From a virus, in the IMG/VR virus record IMGVR_UViG_3300007511_000003, positions 96,001-160,000 of that record: DNA of 64,000 bases; one strand, given 5' to 3'. Each line of letters opens with the position of its first letter. Positions within the stretch are counted from its first letter, which is position 1. Position numbers and translations under genes: made by a program. Below are positions 25,600 to 35,007 of this stretch, in pieces. Below the pieces are notes generated by a model that saw only the letters and a list, made by a program, of their open reading frames with translations, did no database searches and had not been told where the DNA came from.

Positions 25600-27065
25600 T
25601 ACACCGTCACCTTGGCAAACTCGCGAAGGTCCTCCACCATTTTTGGGCGTGGGTCTTTAAGGTGGTATCGCAGATCATCCCTCTGTTTATTCAAATTATT
25701 AATGCGGGCCTCAAGGTCCTCGATATTCCAGCGGTGTAACTGCAGGATCTTAAACCCCAATATCTGGTCAGCCTCTTCCAAGGTAATACCCTCGAGGTGC
25801 TTAACCAAGTAATTGGCAGGCTCCTCATCATCCAAGGACTTCAATACCGTGTCTTTATTCAGGGACGCCAGCAGACGTAGTTCCAAGTCCCGTATCTTTT
25901 TATCCAGCACTCGTATTAGGTACCGCAAGCTACGACGTTCCTGTTTGAGCCTCCAAGCCACCCAGTTTTTCAGTAACTTGGGGATCGAGGTCCTACGGAA
26001 CCGGGCCCTCATCTTCCCAGTACTGGCATCGAATGACCTACTGACAATGTTGACGCGGAAGTCTAGTTTGGAATCAAAGTAGGACACCACCTCTTGGGAT
26101 AACGTAACAAAGCGTGAAGCCGCGGTCTTCTTCAAGAATACCGTATACCTTGGACCCGTCTCTAGGGAAGTCTCATCGTCTACAGAGGCAACGTAGGACA
26201 GCTCTCGTACTTTGGCAACCACTTTTCCGATATTCAGATTGGGTGCGAATCCGGTAAACGTGAGGGAAAGCTGGTGTTGGTTTACGTGATGGGGCGAGCT
26301 GAACCACACCCCACCTGTGCCCTGTTCGTAGAAAGCCCTTAGGTCTGCCAGACCTTCTTTGTCCAGGATGGCTTCCCCACCATATTTATACCGGAATTTC
26401 AGATGTTTAACACACTCGGCAACACCCACTGGTTCATCGTCCAATAAACGTTGGACCAATGTGATGAGACCCTTGAGCTCATAACTTGGTATGTGGGCGG
26501 TACCGCCCATTGCGATCCCGAAAGTACCATTCACCAAGATATTGGGGACTAGGGAGGGCAGCACTACAGGCTCCACCGCCTTTCCATCATACGTGGGCAT
26601 CTCCTCAAGGGTAGGTACGTAGTCAGGGTGGAAGAGACCCTTGTCTGCATATTTGGTGAGGCGACCCTCTGTGTACCGCATAGCAGCGGGCCCGTCTGTT
26701 AGCGAACCCCAGTTACCTTTACCATCGATGAGGGGCGTACTGAGGTTTGCCATGGTGACAGCGGCCCCATAGATAGCACTGTCACCATGTGGGTGGAACT
26801 TACCCATTGTATCACCAACAATCCTGGCGGCTTTCAAAACCCCGGCGTTATGGGTAAGCCCTAACTTGTGCATCGCCCAAAGGATGCGACGTTGGACTGG
26901 CTTGAGTCCATCTCGGAAGTCGGCAATTGCCCGGTCCTCCAAGGTGTACTTTCCATAGTCCATCATCGCCCCTCGGGCGTACTCCAATAAACCTACCTCT
27001 GGAACATGGGCAACACTCGCAGGGGCTTGGAGCGCGGGGTTAACTTTTCGTGTTCGTCGGCTCAT
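25599..27065 (-). CDS. gyrA: Type IIA topoisomerase subunit A (GyrA/ParC-like) lacking the C-terminal beta-pinwheel
   Basis: DGLKPVQRRIL, KAARIVG, FHPHGD, AAMRYTE (catalytic Tyr); only 488 aa. Confidence 0.93.
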   Translation of the reverse strand: MSRRTRKVNPALQAPASVAHVPEVGLLEYARGAMMDYGKYTLEDRAIADFRDGLKPVQRRILWAMHKLGLTHNAGVLKAARIVGDTMGKFHPHGDSAIYGAAVTMANLSTPLIDGKGNWGSLTDGPAAMRYTEGRLTKYADKGLFHPDYVPTLEEMPTYDGKAVEPVVLPSLVPNILVNGTFGIAMGGTAHIPSYELKGLITLVQRLLDDEPVGVAECVKHLKFRYKYGGEAILDKEGLADLRAFYEQGTGGVWFSSPHHVNQHQLSLTFTGFAPNLNIGKVVAKVRELSYVASVDDETSLETGPRYTVFLKKTAASRFVTLSQEVVSYFDSKLDFRVNIVSRSFDASTGKMRARFRRTSIPKLLKNWVAWRLKQERRSLRYLIRVLDKKIRDLELRLLASLNKDTVLKSLDDEEPANYLVKHLEGITLEEADQILGFKILQLHRWNIEDLEARINNLNKQRDDLRYHLKDPRPKMVEDLREFAKVTV

Positions 27066-27114
27066 ATGTTATTTCCTTGGACCTTTCTACGTTGGACCAT
27101 TGTTTACCCCTATA

Positions 27115-27143
27115 AGTATAGCATCGGGCGAGCCCAATGTCAA
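27115..27143 (-). promoter_or_regulatory. Sigma70-type promoter for the topoisomerase A gene
   Basis: TTGACA-N17-TATACT. Confidence 0.75.
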
Positions 27144-27160
27144 GCGAGTGTTTTTGACCA

Positions 27161-27586
27161 CTATTGACAGATTGGCACCACGTTTGTCATGTTGTTTCCA
27201 CTACCTTCTGGGAGCGCAGAGGTTCCAGCAGGGATGATGCCGGTCATTGCCTGGATGTACTTGTCCTGGATATCCTTCTTGGGGAAGTAGGGCATGGTTT
27301 CCACCTGACTGAAGTGGAACCGCATGTCAGAGGTCGGCAACTTCATCTGGTTGGTGGGTTCCTGCATGTAGTATGAGATGGGTACGAATCCAATCTGGGC
27401 GACCTTGACGGGCTTTCCCGTGGCGGGATCCGTTTGATTCTGGATCGCCAGTTGCAACAGGACGGCATTGTCCAAGTAGATCATTTGCTGCTCTTGGTCA
27501 ATACGACACTGGCCCAGATACTCGCGGTTTGGTGACCGCATGACAACCATGATGGTACTTCTGTCCATTGTTCTGCTCCTTAACAA
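27161..27586 (-). CDS. Hypothetical protein
   Basis: ORF with AAGGAG RBS before MDRST. Confidence 0.65.
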   Translation of the reverse strand: MLRSRTMDRSTIMVVMRSPNREYLGQCRIDQEQQMIYLDNAVLLQLAIQNQTDPATGKPVKVAQIGFVPISYYMQEPTNQMKLPTSDMRFHFSQVETMPYFPKKDIQDKYIQAMTGIIPAGTSALPEGSGNNMTNVVPICQ

Positions 27587-28281
27587 ACATCAAAGTGGTT
27601 GAGGCGTTCCAGTAGGGGATCGGATAACCCAGCATCCGCAAAACCCTTGGCACGCAATAAGCAACTACGGCACTTGGTACATGGGGATTTACCCCCTTCA
27701 TAGCAAGTGGTGGTGAAGGCCAATAATTCCATACCACGCGGCAACGACTGAGCAAACTCTACCACCCCTTGCTTACCCCACTGCATTAGAGGAGTAAGTA
27801 CCTGGAAGTGGTAGTCCATTCCTTTCGTCAGAGCCTCGGCCATGGCATCCGCAAAGTCACGGCGAGCGTCTGGGTACCCGCCCAACCCCTGTTCAGATAT
27901 GCCAAACACCAGGTTAGGGCAATCCAAAGCATAGGCCCTGTTCGCGAGCAAAATGGAAAACAGGATGTTACGCCCTGGAACGAACGTAAGGTCCTTGCCA
28001 CCATCTGGGATCTCCGACGCGTCTTCGTATCGTTTGACTTCGTTCGCGCTGTTTACCAGTGGACTGGTGGACCGCAAGAGCTCATTCGGGACACTGATAA
28101 TATCCTGACGTATGCCAAGTTGGCGGCATATGGTCTGGGAAGCAAGCCGTTCCGCTTCCCATGTTTTGTGTCCATAGTTGAAGGTGATAGCGCGAACCTC
28201 GTCAAACTCTTGCTGGGCCCAAATCAGGGCAAGAGTCGAGTCGAGGCCTCCGGATAAACTGACAAGGGCTTTCGTTGTCAT
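27580..28281 (-). CDS. queC: 7-cyano-7-deazaguanine (preQ0) synthase
   Basis: SGGLDS PP-loop, TFVPGRN, GYPDAR, TTCYEG...CTKCRSCLLR. Confidence 0.95.
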   Translation of the reverse strand: MTTKALVSLSGGLDSTLALIWAQQEFDEVRAITFNYGHKTWEAERLASQTICRQLGIRQDIISVPNELLRSTSPLVNSANEVKRYEDASEIPDGGKDLTFVPGRNILFSILLANRAYALDCPNLVFGISEQGLGGYPDARRDFADAMAEALTKGMDYHFQVLTPLMQWGKQGVVEFAQSLPRGMELLAFTTTCYEGGKSPCTKCRSCLLRAKGFADAGLSDPLLERLNHFDVC

Positions 28282-28335
28282 GGTAGGTTCCTTTCAATAA
28301 AATTATGGCTACCCTTTATTTACATTATACAAATC

Positions 28336-28370
28336 AAAAGGGCCAACGTCGTGTTTAACGTTGGCCCTTT
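28336..28370 (-). terminator. Intrinsic terminator
   Basis: AAAAGGGCCAACGT...ACGTTGGCCCTTT. Confidence 0.75.
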
Positions 28371-28406
28371 GTTGGAAATCCTATTGGGTTGTCAGGTTCC
28401 GAGGTG

Positions 28407-28664
28407 TTAACTGTCGTCACTTTCTGATCGGTCCATCATCTCTGTCAACAGGTCTTCAAAGTCATCACCCCCTGTAACCTGTTCTCCTCCGTCATTATCC
28501 CAGACCAGAAACGACACGCCAGCGTCATGGTCCTCGGGAAGTGGGTATAGGTTGACCCTGAAACTCCCGCCTGTTCCCTCAACTACCAATACATCCCTGT
28601 GGCCTGTGGGAGTTTCCTGGTTTCTGATTGCGTAAATAGCCATCTTGTCCTCCTTGGCTTCCAC
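28407..28664 (-). CDS. Small acidic hypothetical protein
   Basis: ORF with AAGGAGG RBS before MAIYAIR. Confidence 0.65.
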   Translation of the reverse strand: MEAKEDKMAIYAIRNQETPTGHRDVLVVEGTGGSFRVNLYPLPEDHDAGVSFLVWDNDGGEQVTGGDDFEDLLTEMMDRSESDDS

Positions 28665-28697
28665 CCTTGCTGGTCCTCATAGGGCCTCCTGCAGGTC

Positions 28698-28919
28698 CTA
28701 CATGTTTTCGGGTATATTTGGGTTACCCGGATCCCCTGTCCGATTGCGGGCGGGCTTCTCTTCGGTAGCACCTTGTAAACGTTGGTCCAACCACTCGATC
28801 TTTGCATCCAAGGAATTCGGGGACATTGCGTCATGAAAAAGTTTGGATAATGTTCCTCCGAAAACCCGAAGGGGTGTGGGTTGGAGTCCTTCATATACGA
28901 TCCTCATTTTGACCTCCAC
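28698..28919 (-). CDS. Small protein sharing the GATEEKPAR repeat with the upstream gene
   Basis: 31 bp at 28744-28774 are identical to part of the 54-bp repeat. Confidence 0.5.
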   Translation of the reverse strand: MEVKMRIVYEGLQPTPLRVFGGTLSKLFHDAMSPNSLDAKIEWLDQRLQGATEEKPARNRTGDPGNPNIPENM

Positions 28920-28979
28920 ATTTTACCTTGGAGGGGTTGGGATCAAACTTATTTCCCAACCCCTCGAGGGGCCACCATG

Positions 28980-29570
28980 TTACTTGGAGGCTTTGAAAGC
29001 GAGGCCGTGAGAGGCCAAAGCATCCTTGACAGCCCTAACCGACCGGCGACCCAAGCCTGAGATATCGCTCATCTCGGCATGGGTTTTGGCCTTGAGCTGG
29101 GAAACGGTCTTGATTCCAGACTTGGCCAGTGTCTCAACCACACGATCAGTCACACCCAGGTCTGCCACGTTCCGCGGGGCCTTGTCACCGGAAGCCTTGG
29201 TTTGGGTTCCCCGACGGGACTTGCGGGCGGGCTTCTCTTCGGTAGCACCTTCGGTGGCCTTGGCTTTCCGGCTCCGACGGCTGGACTTTTTGGTCGCCTC
29301 TTCCTTGGGTTGGCTGTCATCAGCGGTCTCCGCCTTGGCTTTCCGACGGGACTTGCGGGCGGGCTTCTCTTCGGTAGCACCTTCGGTGGCCTTGGCAGTG
29401 GGCTTGCGGACGCGAGTCTTTTTGCCTTCGGTCTGACGCTTTTTGAGCTCCTGCTCCCACTGCTCCGCGAAATCGAAAGCCTTGGCAGCAACGTTCTCAG
29501 TTTCACCAGACTCGATCAAAGCGGCCATGGCGAGGATGGAAACCTGGGTTTTGTTAGACTGACTGTTCAT
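28980..29570 (-). CDS. Protein with C-terminal RNA polymerase alpha-CTD-like domain
   Basis: ADLGVTDRVVETLAKSGIKTVSQLKAKTHAEMSDISGLGRRSVRAVKDALASHGLAF. Confidence 0.8.
   Translation of the reverse strand: MNSQSNKTQVSILAMAALIESGETENVAAKAFDFAEQWEQELKKRQTEGKKTRVRKPTAKATEGATEEKPARKSRRKAKAETADDSQPKEEATKKSSRRSRKAKATEGATEEKPARKSRRGTQTKASGDKAPRNVADLGVTDRVVETLAKSGIKTVSQLKAKTHAEMSDISGLGRRSVRAVKDALASHGLAFKASK
29211..29396. repeat. 54-bp perfect direct repeat (29211-29264, 29343-29396)
   Basis: Encodes AKATEGATEEKPARKSRR twice. Confidence 0.9.
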
Positions 29571-29669
29571 CGTTTTGTTCTCCTATGAAATGGTTGCGGG
29601 CAAAAACACGCCCTCTTTTTGGTCCTGCTCCTTGCTACCTGCTTCTCGTCATTCCTAACCTTCGCCTAC

Positions 29670-29698
29670 ATTGCAGCCTACCGGCCTCCTGGAGGCAA
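29670..29698 (-). promoter_or_regulatory. Sigma70-type promoter with conserved GTAGGYGA..TTAGG leader
   Basis: TTGCCT-N17-TGCAAT then GTAGGCGAAGGTTAGG. Confidence 0.55.
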
Positions 29699-29752
29699 AT
29701 AAAAAAATGCGCGTGGTGGTGGATTTTTCGTATCTGGCTGGAAGGAGTACCT

Positions 29753-30154
29753 TTATCTTACCTTTAGCTTATGACGAATCCCCTTGTCATTTAACTTATC
29801 GATGATCCTCTGACGAGCGTGCTTACCCAGTCCTGTGATGGCTACGAAGTCCTCTTGGGAAAGCTTTGCCACCAGTGACCTGTCCAAACCAGCTTTCCGC
29901 AAGGCGTTGTCGATGCGAGTCCCAAGAGCATCACGCTTTTTCTTCGACTCTACTTTCTTGGGTTCAGCTTTGGGTTCTGTGGTCGATCGCCGGGAGGCGT
30001 TGGTCGGTTGGGTAGTGGTACTTCTCTCCACCCCTAGAAAAGCGTCTGCATATTTAAAAGCCTCTTGAGCCGCCTCTGTGTGGTGTTGGTGGCGACCCAC
30101 CTGTATGATGGCATTCAATGCTGCCAACGCTATATCTGATCTACGTTTATCCAT
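29753..30154 (-). CDS. Second alpha-CTD-like protein (paralogous architecture)
   Basis: LGTRIDNALRKAGL...LSQEDFVAITGLGKHARQRIIDKL; same type of N-terminal helix pair as 28980-29570. Confidence 0.72.
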   Translation of the reverse strand: MDKRRSDIALAALNAIIQVGRHQHHTEAAQEAFKYADAFLGVERSTTTQPTNASRRSTTEPKAEPKKVESKKKRDALGTRIDNALRKAGLDRSLVAKLSQEDFVAITGLGKHARQRIIDKLNDKGIRHKLKVR

Positions 30155-30231
30155 TAGGTTCTCCTTGACAAAACAAGCAGGGGTATGAATCTTGCTTTTT
30201 ATTTACAGCCCTAGCCCGATTCCAGAACAAG

Positions 30232-30260
30232 AAAAAGCCCTGTGAGGGCACACAGGGCTT
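30232..30260 (-). terminator. Intrinsic terminator after the topoisomerase B gene
   Basis: AAGCCCTGTG...CACAGGGCTT with a T run on the minus strand. Confidence 0.75.
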
Positions 30261-30279
30261 CGATTATTGGGAAGCGAGT

Positions 30280-32160
30280 TCAGATACCCAACAGTTCTCG
30301 GCGGTACGCTGGGTTGTCGGCCATCAAGAGGCGGAACTCAGCCATCTGTTTTTTGGAAGGAGCCCCAATCCTAACCATGCGTCGGGTTGATGGATCGAAA
30401 GCTAGAGGACGCAGGTCCTCTGGATCTATCTCTCCCCACCCTTTCAGGTAGGTTACTTGCTTCGGATCCATCTTTGGGCATTGCTTCCGAATCTCGTCTA
30501 CGGTATCCCCGAAATATTTTTTGCTCCTGTGGGTTCCTGCATACCTTGGACCCTGTATGGCGTAAATGAGCCCCCTGTCAAACATCCCTGGTAGGTACTG
30601 TGCAATGAGAGCAAGGATGAGGGTGTTAATATGTCCACCATCGTAGTCGGAGTCTGACAAGAGTATTAAGCGTCCAATACGAAGGTTACCAAGAGGGTCG
30701 GTGTGTCGAGGGTTGAAGCCTAGGACTTTGAGGATGTTCATCACCTCGTCGGATGTGAAGGCCCGGCCCTCCTTGGCCTTCATCACGTTCAAGATCTTAC
30801 CCTTTAGCGGGAGCACGCCTTGGAATTTACGGTGTCTGGCTTGTCGAGCGGATCCCCCGGCTGAGTCCCCTTCCACCAGATAACATTCCCGTTTATGTGC
30901 AGGGCACCCACGGGCAGCGTCAGTATACTTGGACGGGAGAACCGACCCACCTACCTTGGCATTCAGTTTCCTTAACGCCTGTTTATTAAGGGTGAACTCC
31001 TCACGAGCGGCCCGAATGTCTGCCGCTCGCTTACACCAAGCCCGCGCCAGTTTCTTGTTCTTGGTAAAGAACGCTGATAAAACCCCGGCCAGCACATCTT
31101 CAACAGGTTTCTTGGCTCTTGGATCCACCAGCTTCTCTTTTGTCTGCGAAGAGAATTGAGGTTCATCAAGTTTGGCATTCACCAACCCAATGATGCCATC
31201 CCGAAGATCCGGCCCCATGAAAGAATTGCGGCCCTTATATGGCATGAGGGCCTTTGTCAACGCCGCCCAGAGGGCTGTGACCTGGACACCCCCATCAGCG
31301 TTGAGGCTACTGTTGGTGTATGCTTCTACCTTCTCTCCATCATTATTGGTAAAAGAAAGCGCTACGTCAACGTTGGTGTCACGAACGACAAAATGTGGTC
31401 CCTGACTTTGGACCTTCAGTTTTTCGGCCCGAGCGAACAGATAATCTTCAAGGCCCCTCTTAAACCACCAGCTCTTCTTTGTGCCATTGAACGCCAGTTG
31501 GATGCGGAGTCCTTCATTGAGGTAGGCAGTAATCTCGGCCCACTCTTCAATCGGGGTTTTTGACAGCTTAGCCCGCTTATCAAAAATGGTAGGATCGTGC
31601 TCAAAACAGATAACCGTACCAGACTTTGGGCGTGGTACTCTGAAGGGTAGCCTGGGTGGTCCTCCACACGTTCCTACGGCATCCTGTTCCTCTCCTTGGG
31701 CAAAGGTAGTGGTCCACCATTTATGGTTCCTGAAGGTCCATACCTGCATGTACTGAGTAAGGGCGTTCACGACTGTCAAACCAACACCGTGAGTGCCCCT
31801 AGCATTTTTGTAGGCCTTGGCGTCAAACTTCCCTCCGGCATGAAGCTTGGTCAGGATCGTGGTCAGGGTGGAGGTTCCTGTCGAGCGATTTTTCTGGACT
31901 GGGATGCCTGCCCCGTTGTCAATCACCCAGACTCTCTTTTTGTCCACCAATATCATAATGCGATCGTTACGGCCGGCGGCTGCTTCATCCACCGAATTAT
32001 CCGCCACCTCTTTCAACAGCTGGAACAGGCCCTGGCTATTGGTAGGACCCAAATACATGCCGGGACGTTTCCGTATACCCTCGATGGTGCCCAAAGCTTG
32101 GATGTGGCTTTCATCATAGGCCTTGGTACCTCGGTTTCTTGTCGTTCGAGCCACTGTCAT
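30280..32160 (-). CDS. gyrB: Type IIA topoisomerase subunit B (GyrB/ParE-like)
   Basis: IRKRPGMYLG, EVADNSVDE, LHAGGKF, GTHGVG, EGDSAGG, PLKGKILN, DSDYDG, YLKGWGE. Confidence 0.96.
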   Translation of the reverse strand: MTVARTTRNRGTKAYDESHIQALGTIEGIRKRPGMYLGPTNSQGLFQLLKEVADNSVDEAAAGRNDRIMILVDKKRVWVIDNGAGIPVQKNRSTGTSTLTTILTKLHAGGKFDAKAYKNARGTHGVGLTVVNALTQYMQVWTFRNHKWWTTTFAQGEEQDAVGTCGGPPRLPFRVPRPKSGTVICFEHDPTIFDKRAKLSKTPIEEWAEITAYLNEGLRIQLAFNGTKKSWWFKRGLEDYLFARAEKLKVQSQGPHFVVRDTNVDVALSFTNNDGEKVEAYTNSSLNADGGVQVTALWAALTKALMPYKGRNSFMGPDLRDGIIGLVNAKLDEPQFSSQTKEKLVDPRAKKPVEDVLAGVLSAFFTKNKKLARAWCKRAADIRAAREEFTLNKQALRKLNAKVGGSVLPSKYTDAARGCPAHKRECYLVEGDSAGGSARQARHRKFQGVLPLKGKILNVMKAKEGRAFTSDEVMNILKVLGFNPRHTDPLGNLRIGRLILLSDSDYDGGHINTLILALIAQYLPGMFDRGLIYAIQGPRYAGTHRSKKYFGDTVDEIRKQCPKMDPKQVTYLKGWGEIDPEDLRPLAFDPSTRRMVRIGAPSKKQMAEFRLLMADNPAYRRELLGI

Positions 32161-32254
32161 CTCCTGGCTTGGGTTAATAATCCTTAGTCTATTTACAACT
32201 CAACAAAAAGGCGGCCTATCCCGAAGGATGCCGCCTCCAACACCCTTCATGGGT

Positions 32255-32283
32255 ATTGTAACATAATTTCTTGCGCCTGTCAA
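32255..32283 (-). promoter_or_regulatory. Sigma70-type promoter upstream of the topoisomerase B gene
   Basis: TTGACA-N17-TACAAT. Confidence 0.78.
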
Positions 32284-32310
32284 GACCACACATAGGTAGA
32301 GCCTCACCAT

Positions 32311-32610
32311 TTAATAAAACCCTCGGTGTGTGAACAGGACGGGGTTAAGGAACACCGAGGTACACTTATCACAAACACGAGCCGCTATCTCCCCCATCTT
32401 AAAGGTGTGGTACTTGCGACCCAAACATATAGGACAACGAAAATTGCTGGAGGCGTGCTTTTCATTGTAGGTGGACAACCTTTTCAACTCTCCCAAAGGT
32501 ATGCGGTTTAATTTTTCCGCCTCCACATCATAGATTCGATCGGCTTCCTGCCTTATTTCCCGTATGCCCAAGAGTCGTTCATTTTCGTCAGGGCCCGCCA
32601 TGGGTGTCAC
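32311..32610 (-). CDS. Zn-ribbon hypothetical protein
   Basis: CPIC...CDKC. Confidence 0.6.
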   Translation of the reverse strand: MTPMAGPDENERLLGIREIRQEADRIYDVEAEKLNRIPLGELKRLSTYNEKHASSNFRCPICLGRKYHTFKMGEIAARVCDKCTSVFLNPVLFTHRGFY

Positions 32611-33299
32611 TCCTTATCCAAAAGGAGCTTCACTATTTCAGATGTGGCCTTCACCGAAAAGAAAAAATTGACCTTTATGTTATGGTTCCGAGAACGTTTG
32701 TCTTCCATTTTTACTGTACTGGTTTGCTGTAGATCAACCGATACCTTTATACTGTCAGGTATCAGTGGTTGACCACCTAAGTGAAAGGGTGACAAGGACA
32801 CGCAAACCTGTAATTGTATCACCGCGTCATGGATTTTTTGATTAAGGGTGGTACGGAATATCTTGGATCCCTCCAGGCTGTCCAATGTCTTCCCAGCAAG
32901 GGCTTCTTCCAACATGGAACCCAGGTCCTCGATAACAGCGAATCGAATGGGTATTTTCCCTTTGCTGTATAGCTTGGTAACTCGGGCAACAGCCACCTCC
33001 GAATCTCCCTCAATAGGACGGCTCTTGCTGTCGAGTGCTATCTTCGGTCCTCCATCAGTAGTCCATTGAGGTACACAGAAAGGGCCTTTCGCTTTTGGAT
33101 GGGTACGAAAACTGGTAATAAGGAGTTGACGTTCCTGGAACCTTCCTGTGATCCAATCTGACATAAAAGTAAAGGCTGCTTGAACATTCATTGGTATACC
33201 CTTCTTAGTGATAAGGGGACCCCTTAACCTATGTACAAACCTGGGGGTCCCCTTTATCTTTCCGCGTACGGTGATGAAAGACGCGCTTACAAACATCAA
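32607..33299 (-). CDS. Hypothetical protein
   Basis: 230-aa ORF overlapping both neighbours. Confidence 0.6.
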   Translation of the reverse strand: MMFVSASFITVRGKIKGTPRFVHRLRGPLITKKGIPMNVQAAFTFMSDWITGRFQERQLLITSFRTHPKAKGPFCVPQWTTDGGPKIALDSKSRPIEGDSEVAVARVTKLYSKGKIPIRFAVIEDLGSMLEEALAGKTLDSLEGSKIFRTTLNQKIHDAVIQLQVCVSLSPFHLGGQPLIPDSIKVSVDLQQTSTVKMEDKRSRNHNIKVNFFFSVKATSEIVKLLLDKE

Positions 33300-33760
33300 G
33301 AGCCAGTGGGTTGCGGTTCCTCCTGGCTGGGGGTTTCCCCATCAACAAGGGAAATGTCCACCACCTTTTGGAGGCCCATCTGGAACACGCGTTCTGAAAC
33401 ACGAGGCCCCAGCTTTTTCAACTTCTGGCAAATTTTCCCCAACCGCGAGGGGTCGGCATCCAGGAGGGCCTCGACGAAGCCATCGCTGGCTTTGTCAAAA
33501 TCGGTACCCACATAACCCTCCGTTGTGGCCGCAGGACATTGGTGGTTCCCTTGTGAAAAATGGCATTCATCGTAGGTCTTTTCTTCATGATCGAAAAGGT
33601 ATTTGCACTGGGTACACTCCTTGCGGTACAATAACAAGGCATCCTTTTTGACCTGTTGCTGGGCGTTCTCTTGTGTGATGGCATCGGCCTCGGGTTCCGG
33701 CCGATCATCGACGTTTTCAGCTACCTCCTGAGGAGGGGTTTTTATTTCGGCATTAGGCAT
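33296..33760 (-). CDS. Hypothetical Cys-containing protein
   Basis: CTQC...CH...C. Confidence 0.6.
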   Translation of the reverse strand: MPNAEIKTPPQEVAENVDDRPEPEADAITQENAQQQVKKDALLLYRKECTQCKYLFDHEEKTYDECHFSQGNHQCPAATTEGYVGTDFDKASDGFVEALLDADPSRLGKICQKLKKLGPRVSERVFQMGLQKVVDISLVDGETPSQEEPQPTGS

Positions 33761-33843
33761 AACGTTTTTCCACCAAGGTGAGGGAAGACGGGAGGGGTAA
33801 AACCGCTACCCCTCCCGACAAATCAGTAAGACCCTGTTAAGGT

Positions 33844-34635
33844 CTACCAGTCACCGTGGCCGTCTTCACCCTCATCATCTTCACCTTCGTAGTCACCGTC
33901 TTCACCCTCATCTCCGTCGTAATCGGCCTCGGGTTCCGGTTCCTTCTTCTTGCGGCGGCTGGAAGTCGAAGCCTTGGAAGAACGACTCCGCTTGGGCTTC
34001 TCCTCCTCAGCAGGCTCTTCGTCACCCTCGTAGTCACCGTCTTCACCCTCATCTCCGTCGTAATCGGCCTCGGGTTCCGGCTCCTTCTTCTTACGACTCC
34101 GCTTGGGCTTCTCTTCCCCAGCGTCCTCTTCTTTGGACTTCCTGCTCCGACGGCTGGAGGAAGACTTCCGCCCCTCCCCGTCCTCTTCCATCACCACCGT
34201 GGTACCCTCGGCAGGAACCTGGATTTCGGAACCGTCTTCCAAGGTACAAAGGAATCCAGCTTCGGTGGCGGTAACTTCACTGGCCAAGAAGCTCTCGACC
34301 TGCACCGGCAGATCATTCCGCTTGATGACACCGGCATCGGCCTTGCCGTCAGCACCCGACATGGAGGCAATCACGCTGTTGTGGACCATCTGGTTGAGTA
34401 CCTTGCTCGACCCTGGCTTACTGTGACGGATGGTAGCAGCGTTCTCATCGGCGGAGGTAATGGTACCTGGTTGCCGACGATTGGCGCCAAGGGCCGTCAA
34501 ACCGATAGGGCTAACCGTGTTGACCTGCCACATCCCCTGGGCCCGTTGCCGACGGCTCGGGCGACGATTGCGGGAAGAGGTTTTGGAGGCAGTGGTTTTT
34601 TTGCTGCTGCTGGAACTGCTGGAACGTCGTGCCAT
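33844..34635 (-). CDS. Low-complexity basic/acidic protein
   Basis: Ser/Arg/Lys-rich N-terminus and duplicated KKKEPEPEADYDGDEGEDGDYEG tail; AAGGAG RBS. Confidence 0.75.
   Translation of the reverse strand: MARRSSSSSSSKKTTASKTSSRNRRPSRRQRAQGMWQVNTVSPIGLTALGANRRQPGTITSADENAATIRHSKPGSSKVLNQMVHNSVIASMSGADGKADAGVIKRNDLPVQVESFLASEVTATEAGFLCTLEDGSEIQVPAEGTTVVMEEDGEGRKSSSSRRSRKSKEEDAGEEKPKRSRKKKEPEPEADYDGDEGEDGDYEGDEEPAEEEKPKRSRSSKASTSSRRKKKEPEPEADYDGDEGEDGDYEGEDDEGEDGHGDW
33887..34092. repeat. ~65-bp direct repeat (33887-33951, 34028-34092)
   Basis: One mismatch between copies; 141-bp period. Confidence 0.85.
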
Positions 34636-34808
34636 GGTTGGCTTCTCCTTTGAAAGTGGAATGAGCTTTCGGCTCTGTAAAACATCAACTGTAGTACTAC
34701 ATCGTGTGACTGTTCTTTGCTTTCCCTAAACTTACTGTTTAATGTTTATCTGTGTCGGCCCTCCTTATGTTCTCCTCGTTTACACCTGCTGCCCTAACGC
34801 TCGCCTAC

Positions 34809-34837
34809 ATTGTATCGAATCCTTGGGCGCCTGTCAA
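34809..34837 (-). promoter_or_regulatory. Sigma70-type promoter with conserved leader
   Basis: TTGACA-N17-TACAAT then GTAGGCGAGCGTTAGG. Confidence 0.8.
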
Positions 34838-35007
34838 GGAAAAAATCCTGCATCACATCCCTACGATTCTCAGCAAGTTAGGCACAACGCCTCGGCCCAA
34901 CAAACCATGCCTTGCAAAAATCCTTGCTTACACCTTCTATTTACAACGTTGGGCTCAAATCTGGTCAGAAAGCCCTGGATTAAAAAATTTCATTGGATAA
35001 CACGACG

